Part shown: one piece after another, positions 9,369-18,498 of the stretch
Position numbering within the stretch: the stretch's first letter is position 1
How the letters are laid out: each line of letters begins with the position of its first letter
From: Vulcanimicrobiota bacterium
GTDB taxonomy: Bacteria > Vulcanimicrobiota > Vulcanimicrobiia > Vulcanimicrobiales > Vulcanimicrobiaceae
DNA: 35,438 nt
Assembly (NCBI GenBank): GCA_963786105.1
Contig: CAWAXX010000022.1
Span: 1 to 35,438 of the forward strand
Direction of reading: 5' to 3'
Program-made: the position numbers and the translations under genes
The notes under the pieces: generated by a model
Database searches by the model: none
What the model was told of the DNA's origin: nothing
The model's input: the letters and a program-made list of their open reading frames with translations, nothing else

Positions 9369-11308
9369 TCCGCCGGCTGCTGATCGCCAATCGCGGCGAG
9401 ATCGCCGTGCGCATTGCCCGCGCGGCGCGCGAAGCGGGCATCGTGCCGCTCGGCGTGTACTCAGAGGCCGATGCGCACGCGTATCATCTGCGGTTCGTCG
9501 ACGACGCACGCTGTATCGGACCGGCGCCGGCGACGCAATCGTACCTCGACATTGACGCGGTCATCGCCGCGGGCGCGAGCATGCGGGCCGATGCCGTGCA
9601 CCCCGGCTACGGATTTCTTTCGGAACGGCCGGCCTTCGCGCGCGCCGTTGCCGATGCGGGGATGACGTTCGTCGGTCCGACGCCCGAAGCGATGGCGGCG
9701 ATGGGCAGCAAAATCGAAGCCAAACGGCGCGTGCGCGAGTTCGACGTGCCGGTCGTTCCGGGGTACGACGGCGACGATCGATCGCCGGCGACCTTGCGCG
9801 CCGAAGCCGAACGCATCGGCTTTCCGCTCTTGATCAAAGCGAGCGCGGGCGGTGGGGGTCGCGGGATGCGCGTCGTCAACGCGGCATCGGAGTTCGACGA
9901 ATCGCTCGATGCCGCTAAACGCGAGGCGCTGGCGGCGTTCGGCGACGATGCGGTGCTGCTCGAGCGCTATCTGCGCGACCCGCGGCACATCGAGTTTCAA
10001 GTGCTCGCCGACACCCACGGCACGGTCATTCACCTCGGCGAGCGCGAGTGTTCGATCCAGCGCCGCCACCAGAAGATTATCGAGGAAGCACCGTCGGTGG
10101 CGCTCTCGCCGGAACTGCGCGCCGAGATGGGCGCGGCCGCCGTACGCGCGGCAAAGTCGGTCGATTACGTCAACGCCGGCACGTGCGAGTTCATGCTCGA
10201 CGCTGACGGCAGCTACTACTTCCTCGAAATGAACGCGCGCTTGCAAGTCGAGCACCCGGTCACCGAGCTGGTCTACGGCATCGATCTCGTGCAGTGGCAG
10301 CTGCGCATTGCCAACGGCGAGCCGCTGCTCGTTTCGCAAGACGACGTGCGCCCGCGCGGTTGGGCGATCGAGGCGCGCATTTACGCCGAAGATCCCGCCA
10401 ACCACATGCTGCCCTCGATCGGAACGATTTCGCGCTGGTCCCCTCCCGAAGGTCCGGGCGTACGGCTCGACGCGGGCGTCACTACCGGCAGCGAAGTGAG
10501 TCTGTACTACGATCCGATGCTCGCCAAGCTGATCGCCTACGGCAGCGATCGCGCGCACGCGATCGCGCGGCTCGAGCGCGCGCTGGAAGACTTTACGATC
10601 GACGGCGTCCGGTCGAACGTTCCGCTGCTGTTGTGGATCGCGCGCGACGAAGCGTTCCGCGCCGGCGACACGACCACGAGCTTTCTTGCTCAACGCCTCG
10701 ACGAGTCGGCGTTCGCCAAGCAACCGGCGCCACGTGACGCCGTCGTGCTGTGCGCGGCGGCGTTGCTGGTCGACGGCATCGCGCCGTGGCGCGTCGGCGG
10801 TATTGGGGTTCCGTTACGTCTGGCCTACTCCGGCGGGAGGATCGCTGATGTTACCGCCGACGCAACCGTTGCGCCGGGCCTGTGGTTTCTCTCCGGCGAC
10901 GTCGTCGGCGAACTGCAGGCTGCGCGCTACGGCGATACCGTGCGCGCGACGTTCGACGGCAGTACCATAAACGGCGCGGTCGGGTACGACGGTCGCGTCG
11001 CCGGCGTGCATTTCGACGGACGCACCTATGAGTTTCGCTTCGCCGATCCGCCGGCGATCGAGTCGGCCGCCGGGGCGCATTCCGGCGCGGCCGGCGACGG
11101 CCGCGTCACCGCCCCGATGCCGGGGAAAATCGTCAAAGTCGCGGTGAGCGAAGGCGACGCGGTCGCCGAACGCGCGTTGCTGATCGTGCTCGAAGCGATG
11201 AAGATGGAACACCGCATCGAGGCCCCCGCCGGTGCCCAGGTGAAAGCGGTGCTCGTGAAGGAAGGCCAAATCGTCGCCGGCGGCACGCCGCTGGTGGAGC
11301 TTGCATGA
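9365..11308 (+). CDS. liuD: 3-methylcrotonyl-CoA carboxylase alpha subunit (biotin carboxylase plus biotin carrier)
   Basis: IANRGEIA, HPGYGFLSE, GGGGRGMR, ERECSIQRRHQK, EAMKME biotinylation site; ATGA overlap with liuC. Confidence 0.92.
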   Translation: MIRRLLIANRGEIAVRIARAAREAGIVPLGVYSEADAHAYHLRFVDDARCIGPAPATQSYLDIDAVIAAGASMRADAVHPGYGFLSERPAFARAVADAGMTFVGPTPEAMAAMGSKIEAKRRVREFDVPVVPGYDGDDRSPATLRAEAERIGFPLLIKASAGGGGRGMRVVNAASEFDESLDAAKREALAAFGDDAVLLERYLRDPRHIEFQVLADTHGTVIHLGERECSIQRRHQKIIEEAPSVALSPELRAEMGAAAVRAAKSVDYVNAGTCEFMLDADGSYYFLEMNARLQVEHPVTELVYGIDLVQWQLRIANGEPLLVSQDDVRPRGWAIEARIYAEDPANHMLPSIGTISRWSPPEGPGVRLDAGVTTGSEVSLYYDPMLAKLIAYGSDRAHAIARLERALEDFTIDGVRSNVPLLLWIARDEAFRAGDTTTSFLAQRLDESAFAKQPAPRDAVVLCAAALLVDGIAPWRVGGIGVPLRLAYSGGRIADVTADATVAPGLWFLSGDVVGELQAARYGDTVRATFDGSTINGAVGYDGRVAGVHFDGRTYEFRFADPPAIESAAGAHSGAAGDGRVTAPMPGKIVKVAVSEGDAVAERALLIVLEAMKMEHRIEAPAGAQVKAVLVKEGQIVAGGTPLVELA

Positions 11309-11316
11309 TCGGCCTG

Positions 11317-11362
11317 TGTCATCCAGAGCGGAGCATCGCGAAGCGATGCGTAGTCGAAGGAC
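11317..11362 (+). repeat. REP-like element, copy 3 (longer inner hairpin)
   Basis: TGTCATCCAGAGCGGA-GCATCGC-GAA-GCGATGC-GTAGTCGAAGGAC between liuD and liuE. Confidence 0.85.
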
Positions 11363-11378
11363 GAACGGCAGCGTTTCG

Positions 11379-12302
11379 ATGAGCCTGCCGAAATCAGTCA
11401 CACTCTTCGAAATGGGCGCCCGCGACGGGCTCCAGAACGAATCGGAAATCGTCTCCGCCGACGACAAAGTCCGCTACATCGACCTGCTGTCGGCGACCGG
11501 ATTGCGTTGGATCGAAGCGACGTCGTTCGTGAGCCCGAAAGCGATACCGCAGTTGGCCGACGCCGCCGACGTTTTCGCGCGCATCCGCAAGGCGCCGGGC
11601 GTCCGCTATCCGGTGCTGACGCCGAACCTCAAAGGTTACCAACGCGCCAAAGACGCCGGGGCGAATGCGGTCGCGGTCTTTACGGCGGCCTCCGAGCATT
11701 TTACGAAGCGCAACATCAACATGACCATCGACGAATCGCTGGAAACGTTTCGCGACGTCGTGCGCGCGGCCAAGAATGACGGCATGTGGGTGCGCGGCTA
11801 CGTCTCGACCGCCTTCGGCTCGCCGTTCGGCGACGAAGTTGCGCCGCGCGCGGTCGTCGACGTCGGGGTCAAGCTGATGGAGATGGGCTGCGACTCGCTC
11901 TCGATCGGCGATACCATCGGCGTGGGCGTCCCGAGCCAGGTCGACGAACTCGTGCCGATGCTCGCTGAAAAGATTCCGCTCGAACGCATCGCCATGCACT
12001 TCCACGACACGCGCGGCACGGCACTCGCGAACGTCTATGCCGCCTTGCTGCGCGGCGTCAGCTCGTTCGACTCCTCGGCCGGCGGATTGGGCGGGTGCCC
12101 GTATGCGCCCGGCGCCACCGGCAACGTCGGCACCGAAGACGTGCTGTATCTTCTGCACCAAATGGGCATCGAAACCGGCGTCGATATCGCAAAAGTGCGC
12201 GCTGCCTCACGCTTCATCTCCGGCGTGGTCGGCCATGCCCTTACGAGCAAAGCCTTCCAAGCGATGGAAGCCTCCGACGCGCGCACCGCTCTGTCATCCT
12301 GA
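11379..12302 (+). CDS. liuE: hydroxymethylglutaryl-CoA lyase
   Basis: RDGLQNE, TSFVSPK, DTIG, HFHDTRG, GLGGCPYAPGATGNV; ATG 11379 preferred over 11301. Confidence 0.93.
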   Translation: MSLPKSVTLFEMGARDGLQNESEIVSADDKVRYIDLLSATGLRWIEATSFVSPKAIPQLADAADVFARIRKAPGVRYPVLTPNLKGYQRAKDAGANAVAVFTAASEHFTKRNINMTIDESLETFRDVVRAAKNDGMWVRGYVSTAFGSPFGDEVAPRAVVDVGVKLMEMGCDSLSIGDTIGVGVPSQVDELVPMLAEKIPLERIAMHFHDTRGTALANVYAALLRGVSSFDSSAGGLGGCPYAPGATGNVGTEDVLYLLHQMGIETGVDIAKVRAASRFISGVVGHALTSKAFQAMEASDARTALSS

Positions 12303-12356
12303 GCGGAGCGCAGTTGTCATCCTGAGCGGAGCGCCGAAGGCGCGCAGTCGAAGGAC
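12292..12356 (+). repeat. REP-like partial copy (12292-12311) plus full copy 4 (12315-12356)
   Basis: The half copy supplies the TGA stop of liuE; the full copy has inner hairpin GCGCC-GAA-GGCGC. Confidence 0.9.
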
Positions 12357-12455
12357 CCACCCGTAATGGTGCATTCGAACGAAGGTGCGTGCGGAGATAC
12401 AGGTAAGGCCACCTGGCGGGTCCTAATGCACTCCGATAGCCGCAAAGGATGAGCT

Positions 12456-12731
12456 ATGTTTATTTCGGTCATTCACCGGATCAGCGATCCCGATGCATTT
12501 GCTGCCGCCGTGGCCAGCGCTACTCCGAAAATTCCCACCGACCTCAAAGTGCATCAAACTGCTACGAGCAACGACGGATCGACGGTAATCTGTCTCTGGG
12601 AGGCCTCCTCGGTCGAAAAGGTCAGAGACGTCGTCGAGACTCACTTGGGACACGCGAGCAAGAATGAATACATTCCTATCGATCCCTCGAAATCGATGGG
12701 GCTTCCGACGGCCGCCACAGCAACCGCTTGA
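12456..12731 (+). CDS. small hypothetical protein (possible dimeric alpha/beta-barrel, DUF4242-like)
   Basis: AAAGGA RBS, 91 aa, ICLWEASSVEKVR motif, followed by a terminator. Confidence 0.75.
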   Translation: MFISVIHRISDPDAFAAAVASATPKIPTDLKVHQTATSNDGSTVICLWEASSVEKVRDVVETHLGHASKNEYIPIDPSKSMGLPTAATATA

Positions 12732-12750
12732 CTCGATCGGCTAATCGTGA

Positions 12751-12787
12751 AAAGAACCCGGCCTCAAAGCCGGGTCCTTTTATTTTT
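12751..12787 (+). terminator. intrinsic terminator
   Basis: ACCCGGC-CTCAAA-GCCGGGT hairpin followed by a T-rich tract and preceded by an A-rich tract; lies between convergent genes. Confidence 0.75.
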
Positions 12788-12804
12788 ACTGCGGAGCCAC
12801 ACTT

Positions 12805-12846
12805 TGTCATCCTGAGCGGAGCGCCACAGGCGCGCAGTCGAAGGAC
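12805..12846 (+). repeat. REP-like element, copy 5
   Basis: TGTCATCCTGAGCGGA-GCGCC-ACA-GGCGC-GCAGTCGAAGGAC. Confidence 0.9.
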
Positions 12847-12853
12847 GCGCCCG

Positions 12854-13636
12854 TTACCCAAACACACCTTCGCGCTTGCACCACAACCATAGCGCGACGG
12901 CAACGACGAGGTTGAGCGCAAGCCCGAGTACCCCGACTTCCGGACCAAAAATTGCCGTGTTGGAAATCCCAAGCGCGCCGGCGTGGCTTCCGAATCCAAA
13001 CAGCACGTACGCGAGACCGTTCCAGATTCCATGGCTCACGCTCGAAACAACGAGCGATCCGGAGAGCAACCGCAGCATCCCCCAGATGCCGCCCAGGACC
13101 GCCGCATTAACCATGATCGTCGGCACCTGAGCGAGCGGCGGATTATAACCGGTCTGCAATATAACCGCGGACCAATGCCAGAGCGCAAACGCGACGCTCG
13201 TCAAGATCAGCGTCGCAACGCTGCCTTGACCGGCGCGTTTGAGCGACGCCCAAAGCCAGCCGCGAAAGAATCCTTCCTCGGTGATGAGGGCCAGCGGAAT
13301 GGTCGACCCAGCCACCACCAGAAGTCTGATCCATGCGCTCGTTTTGTGATGCTCCGCTTCCGGCTGGACGAGATGCAGCAAGACCGCAATTCCAGCGATA
13401 ATTCCCGTGACGACAATCGGAAAAAGAATCGCCAGCGCGTACGACTGCCAAACGCGCGATCGTCCCCAACTAAAGCCGATCTCTTTGGCCGAAAACCGCT
13501 GTAAGTACCAGAAAAGAAAGAATAGCGGTATCAGCGGCAGCGCGCTGTATACCATCAAACCCGTTGCATCCATCGTCGACGTGATCGCGATGGCCGCAAC
13601 GACCCCGATGATTGGCCATCTCCACGATGAGCTCAC
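12854..13636 (-). CDS. CPBP (CAAX/Abi) family intramembrane glutamic endopeptidase
   Basis: EEGFFRG, FALWH, HGIWN motifs and many TM segments; GTG start inferred at 13636 (alternatives 13639, 13642). Confidence 0.88.
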   Translation of the reverse strand: MSSSWRWPIIGVVAAIAITSTMDATGLMVYSALPLIPLFFLFWYLQRFSAKEIGFSWGRSRVWQSYALAILFPIVVTGIIAGIAVLLHLVQPEAEHHKTSAWIRLLVVAGSTIPLALITEEGFFRGWLWASLKRAGQGSVATLILTSVAFALWHWSAVILQTGYNPPLAQVPTIMVNAAVLGGIWGMLRLLSGSLVVSSVSHGIWNGLAYVLFGFGSHAGALGISNTAIFGPEVGVLGLALNLVVAVALWLWCKREGVFG

Positions 13637-13667
13637 CACCAACCTACTATGGGATCGCAGGTATGTT

Positions 13668-15908
13668 TCAGCGTTGAAGCGGGGTCGTCGAGCGGAGAAT
13701 GCCCTGGCCGTCGGAGGCGAGGTACAGATAGCCGTTGAGCCAGCGAATTTCCCAGAAACTATGCGCGATGAGCCCTTTGTCGAGACGCTGCCAACTACTG
13801 CCGTTGTCGCTTGAAACGAACGCGCCGCGCAATGTCGTGATCGCGACGTCGGCGATGCCTTTCGTGACGCGCTGATTGTAGCGAATCGCACGCTCGGGTG
13901 AATACACGAACGCCTGCGCCGCCGAGCGTTCGGCGTCGAGGTCGCGCATCGGTTGTTCTCCCGGCACGCGCTGCAGGCGGCGATCCGGATCGAGGCGGCC
14001 GCGCAGCAGCGGTGCGTTGGTTACCGTCGAGACGCGCGCGAAGCTGCGACCGCCGTCGGTGCTGCGCAGCACGAACACGTTGTGTTTCGCGTCGACGCTC
14101 GACGCGAGCACGGTTCGCCCGCTTACCGGCGAGATCGTCATGGCATACCAAAACGGCGTCGGCGGAACACCCGACGCCTTCTTCCAGGTTTTTCCGCCGT
14201 CGCTGGTTACCGATATCGACGATTTCCGGTTCGCGAGATCGCCGACGAGGATGTGCGGCCCGTACCGCTGGTCGACGGCGATCGCTCCCGCCCAGACAAA
14301 CGGCCACGACAGCTTCGAAATCGTCACTCCGCCATCGGTGGATTTGTACACGCCCTTCGGCCCGTTGAATCCGAGACTGACGTTCGGGCCCGAGATGACG
14401 TACATCGTGAGCGGCTTTTCCGGCACGAACGCGATCGGCGTCGTCATCAGCCGGCTCGGGAAAATGCTCGCTTGCAGTGGCGAGAACGACCCACAGCCGT
14501 CGCTCGATACGCTCAAACCCGCAGCTTCGTCGTACGCGTAGCAAACGCTCGGCGTTCCCGGACGCAGCTCGTTGAAGCCGTCTTCGTACAGCGCGTTGTC
14601 GAGCCTCCACGTCGATCCGCCGTCGCCGGTGAAGTGGCTGCCGAAGTCTTGCAACGACACCAGCAGCGCTCTGCCGTCCGGAGAAACCGTGAAGCGTCGC
14701 GCGAGGCCGGTGACCGACGGCGCGCTGACCACCGTGTCGTTTAACCGGCTGCCGTGCCCGGAACAGGTCGGCTCGTAGTCCAGCCCTTGATCCGACGCGA
14801 TCCAGCAGGCGTCGTCGCTGCCGTTGGGATGAACCCAAACGTTGCGCACGTCGATCACCGACAGATTGGCGGCGGCGTGCGCCTGAGGATTGGGCGACCC
14901 GTCGGCGGCGATATAGTACATGAAGCCGTCGGCGCCGACGTACAGGCGGTCCGGATGCACGGCGCTGTAGGCAATCGCCTGCGTCCCGAGGCCGTAACTG
15001 TAATATTGCTGCGCCAAGATTTTCTTCCACGTTTTGCCGCCGTCGGTCGACGCGTGAAGGTCCTGATCCCACGCACCGTCGTTCGAACTCGCGTAGACGA
15101 TCGACGGTGCGCGCGGATCGACGGCAATTTGGTGCACGTCGGGTTGGCTGCCGTCGGTTCCGGTGTGCTTGTCGTACGGAAGCGTCCCAACTTTCGTCCA
15201 CTTCGCATCGCCGAAAATCCAGATGCTTCCGTCGGTCATGCCGGCGTAGAACGCGTGCCCTTTTGCGCCTTCCACCACGCCGAACGCTCGCGGCTGCACG
15301 TTCTGCGTTCCGGCGAGCTGCACCGTCCACGTCGCGCCGTGGTCGCTCGAGGTCAAAATACCGGCAGCGGTCGCCGCGTATACGACGCCGTTGTAGGAAA
15401 CGATTTGCGTCGCTTGCGTCGTGCGATAGACGTTCGTCCACGACGAGCCGCCGTCGCTCGATCGAAAAATGCCGTCGTACTCCGTCGCTGCGAGCAGTAC
15501 CGCCGGATTTTCAGAATCCAGCCACAGGCCGTTTACGACCGACGACACCACGCCTGACGTGTCGGTCAAACCGTTGACGATCGGCGTCCACGACGCTCCG
15601 CCGTCTTTCGTGCGCAGAATGCCGGCGCTGGAATACGTCTCCAGACCGGTTCCGCGGCCGCTCGCCGCGTAGATGATCTTCGGATTGGCCGGATCGACGG
15701 CGTACGCGTTCACTTTGCCCGACGTTGGAAGGCCGTCGGACATGTGCGTCGGACCGATCGGCCGGAACTGCACGGCATCGGGCGAGACGCCGCTCTGCAC
15801 GTTCGAGAACGGCAGCGAGGGGAGCGCGCTCGGACCGGCGCCGCCGTGGCATCCGGCCAAAACGGCGGCGACGATAAACGACGCCGTTATCCGGCGACGG
15901 TGCAACAT
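13668..15908 (-). CDS. lipoprotein with BNR/Asp-box beta-propeller repeats (VPS10/sialidase/GH74-like fold)
   Basis: LAGC lipobox; many S/T-x-D-x-G-x-T/S-W Asp-boxes; ATG 15908. Confidence 0.85.
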   Translation of the reverse strand: MLHRRRITASFIVAAVLAGCHGGAGPSALPSLPFSNVQSGVSPDAVQFRPIGPTHMSDGLPTSGKVNAYAVDPANPKIIYAASGRGTGLETYSSAGILRTKDGGASWTPIVNGLTDTSGVVSSVVNGLWLDSENPAVLLAATEYDGIFRSSDGGSSWTNVYRTTQATQIVSYNGVVYAATAAGILTSSDHGATWTVQLAGTQNVQPRAFGVVEGAKGHAFYAGMTDGSIWIFGDAKWTKVGTLPYDKHTGTDGSQPDVHQIAVDPRAPSIVYASSNDGAWDQDLHASTDGGKTWKKILAQQYYSYGLGTQAIAYSAVHPDRLYVGADGFMYYIAADGSPNPQAHAAANLSVIDVRNVWVHPNGSDDACWIASDQGLDYEPTCSGHGSRLNDTVVSAPSVTGLARRFTVSPDGRALLVSLQDFGSHFTGDGGSTWRLDNALYEDGFNELRPGTPSVCYAYDEAAGLSVSSDGCGSFSPLQASIFPSRLMTTPIAFVPEKPLTMYVISGPNVSLGFNGPKGVYKSTDGGVTISKLSWPFVWAGAIAVDQRYGPHILVGDLANRKSSISVTSDGGKTWKKASGVPPTPFWYAMTISPVSGRTVLASSVDAKHNVFVLRSTDGGRSFARVSTVTNAPLLRGRLDPDRRLQRVPGEQPMRDLDAERSAAQAFVYSPERAIRYNQRVTKGIADVAITTLRGAFVSSDNGSSWQRLDKGLIAHSFWEIRWLNGYLYLASDGQGILRSTTPLQR

Positions 15909-15984
15909 CGGTACCCCTCTGTGTCGGACGTTTCTTCGGTTCCCGGCAAATGGCGGCCTGGTTGCCAGGACGAATAGGCGGCTC

Positions 15985-17136
15985 ATGACGATCGTGCGAG
16001 CGGGCATCCTTTACGACGGAACCTTGGAGCCACCGAAGCAACACGTCGATCTGGTGATCGAGAACGGACGCGTCGCCGAGTTGAAGGCGGCCACCGGAGC
16101 GTGCGACTTCGAAGCGAAGTGCGTCACCCCCGGACTGGTGAACGCGCACGCGCATCTCGAGGCGAGCGGCGAGCCCGACTTGATGGGCGCTTTCCAAACG
16201 ACACCGTCAAACGAACGATTGCTCAACGCGGTTGCCAACGCGCGCAAGACCCTGGAAGCGGGCATCACGACCATCCGCGACGTCGGGTCGTCGAACGGCT
16301 TCGCCCAGAGCGTGCGCGACGCGATCGAGGCCGGCAAGATTCCGGGACCGCGGATGCGCTGCGCCGGCGCCGTGCTGTGCATGACCGGCGGCCACGGGTG
16401 GCCGATCGGGCGGATGGTCGACTCGCCGTGGGACGCGCGCAAAGCCGTGCGCGAACAGTTGTGGGCGGGGGCCGACTGCATTAAGTTAATTGCCACCGGC
16501 GGCGTGCTCACCAAGGGCGCGGTCCCGGGGAACGCGCAGCTCACGCCCGACGAGCTCGCGTCCGCCGTCGACGAAGCGCATCGCCACGGGTTGAAAGTTG
16601 CGGCGCACGCTATCGGGACGCTCGGCATCAAGAATGCGCTGCGCGCCGGCGTCGACTCGATCGAACACGGCACGTTGCTCGACGACGAAGCGATCGCGCT
16701 CTTCAAAGAACGCGGAACGTACCTCGTGCCGACGCTGAGCGCGCCGACCTGCATTCTCGCCCACTTGGAAGACGGTCAGCAGCCGCAGTACGTGGTCGAC
16801 AAGGCGCGCGGCCTCGAGGAGGTGATGCTGAACAACCTCCGGCGCGCGTACGAGGGCGGCGTGCGCGTCGCGGGTGGCTCCGATGCCGGTACGCCATACA
16901 ACTACCACCAGAACTACCCCATCGAAGTCGAGTTGATGTGGTCGATGCTCGGAATGACGCCGCAGCAGGCACTGCACGCCGCGACCGCCGTCGCCGCCGA
17001 GCTCATCGGTTTGCATTCGGGAACCCTCGCCGTCGGCGAACCGGCCGATCTTCTTCTGCTCGATCGCGACGCAGGCAAAGACATTCACGCTCTTCAAGAC
17101 GTCAAGACCGTCATCAAAGGAGGAACGATCGTATGA
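15985..17136 (+). CDS. metal-dependent amidohydrolase (Xaa-Pro dipeptidase-like subgroup)
   Basis: PGLVNAHAH, GITTIRD, IKLIATGG, AAHA, SIEHG, GSDAG; ATG 15985. Confidence 0.9.
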   Translation: MTIVRAGILYDGTLEPPKQHVDLVIENGRVAELKAATGACDFEAKCVTPGLVNAHAHLEASGEPDLMGAFQTTPSNERLLNAVANARKTLEAGITTIRDVGSSNGFAQSVRDAIEAGKIPGPRMRCAGAVLCMTGGHGWPIGRMVDSPWDARKAVREQLWAGADCIKLIATGGVLTKGAVPGNAQLTPDELASAVDEAHRHGLKVAAHAIGTLGIKNALRAGVDSIEHGTLLDDEAIALFKERGTYLVPTLSAPTCILAHLEDGQQPQYVVDKARGLEEVMLNNLRRAYEGGVRVAGGSDAGTPYNYHQNYPIEVELMWSMLGMTPQQALHAATAVAAELIGLHSGTLAVGEPADLLLLDRDAGKDIHALQDVKTVIKGGTIV

Positions 17137-18497
17137 CGCCGTCGACACCGCCCGCCGTTACGGCGCCCGCGATAGGCGCGGATCCGGTCGCGGGCAGCCC
17201 GATCGCGCACGTCATCGTCGTGATTCAAGAAAACCGCACGACCGATAATCTGTTCGCATCGTCGATTCTCGCCGACGGCGGCCCGTATCCCGGCGCGAAC
17301 GTAACGCGGGAAGCGCGCGTCGGCGGGAAAACCGTCGCGCTCAAAGCGACGCCGTTCGAATATCCGGCCGATCCGCGGCACACGCACGCCGCATTGGTGG
17401 CCGAGTGGAACAACGGGAAGATGGACGGATTTGCGAAGGACCCGGTGTATCCCGATCCCGGATTTCCGCCCGGACCGCCCAACTTTCCGCTCGCATACGT
17501 GCCGGAGTACGAAACGACGATTTACCACTTGCTCGCGCAGCGCTACGCGTTGGCCGACAATAACTTCGCACCGCGTTTGGTGCCGACGTTCCCCGGCCAC
17601 TTGTTCCTCGTCGCCGCGCAAAGCCAAGCCGCCGACGATCCGACCGATCCGTTGACGTGGGGATGCGATTCCAAGCCCGGAACGACCGTTCCGGTTTTCG
17701 GACAGGGCGAAACCGAAGTGACGCCCGGCGTTTTTCCGTGCTTCGACTATTCGACCATCGGCGATCTGCTCGACCGCGCGCATGTGTCGTGGAAATACTA
17801 CACCGGCGCGTACGACGCGGTCGCCGACTCGTGGGTCAACGTGTACGACGCGATCCGCCACGTCCGCTACGGCCCGGATTGGCAGACCAACGTCGTGACG
17901 CCGATGTCGAACGTGCTAAGCGACATCGAACACTGTCAGTTGCCGCAAGTCGCCTACGTAACGCCGACGTGGATGGCCTCGGATCACGCGGGTTCGCTCA
18001 GCAACGCCGGACCGGGCTGGGTCGGCTCGATCTACATGGCCGTCCAGCAGAGCGCGATGTCCGCAAATACCGCTTGCCGCTACTCAGGCGACACGGCCAT
18101 GATTCTCACGTGGGACGACAGCGGCGGATGGTACGATCACGTGCCGCCGCCGGCCGGACCGAACGGAACGAGCTTAGGTTTTCGCGTGCCGATCGTCGTG
18201 ATCTCGCCCTGGGCGCGCTCCAACTACGTCGCGGGCAAAACGAGTTTCACGCCCTACGTGTCTCATACGCAACGCGAGTCGACGGCGATCGTGCGCTTCA
18301 TCGAAAAGAACTGGTCGCTCGGAACGCTCGGCGAGCGCGATCTCGGCGGCGACGACTTGAGCGACATGTTCGACTATGCGCGGCCGGCACCGGTCCCGTC
18401 GTTTACGTATTTGGCATTTCAGCGGCTGATTCACAAAACGCAGTGGAACCTCGCGCGCAGCCTTCACGATACGCACGTGGTCGACGACGACAACTAG
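17133..18497 (+). CDS. phosphoesterase / phospholipase C-AcpA family protein
   Basis: HVIVVIQENRTTDNLF, SDH, TWDDSGGWYDHVPPP, GFRVP; ATGA overlap with GGAGG RBS. Confidence 0.88.
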   Translation: MTPSTPPAVTAPAIGADPVAGSPIAHVIVVIQENRTTDNLFASSILADGGPYPGANVTREARVGGKTVALKATPFEYPADPRHTHAALVAEWNNGKMDGFAKDPVYPDPGFPPGPPNFPLAYVPEYETTIYHLLAQRYALADNNFAPRLVPTFPGHLFLVAAQSQAADDPTDPLTWGCDSKPGTTVPVFGQGETEVTPGVFPCFDYSTIGDLLDRAHVSWKYYTGAYDAVADSWVNVYDAIRHVRYGPDWQTNVVTPMSNVLSDIEHCQLPQVAYVTPTWMASDHAGSLSNAGPGWVGSIYMAVQQSAMSANTACRYSGDTAMILTWDDSGGWYDHVPPPAGPNGTSLGFRVPIVVISPWARSNYVAGKTSFTPYVSHTQRESTAIVRFIEKNWSLGTLGERDLGGDDLSDMFDYARPAPVPSFTYLAFQRLIHKTQWNLARSLHDTHVVDDDN

Positions 18498-18498
18498 C

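Noticed and set aside
9461..15441. Long antisense or alternative-frame ORFs (e.g. 9461-10723, 13795-15441)
   Set aside because: Arg/Ala-rich shadow ORFs typical of high-GC DNA, overlapping well-supported genes
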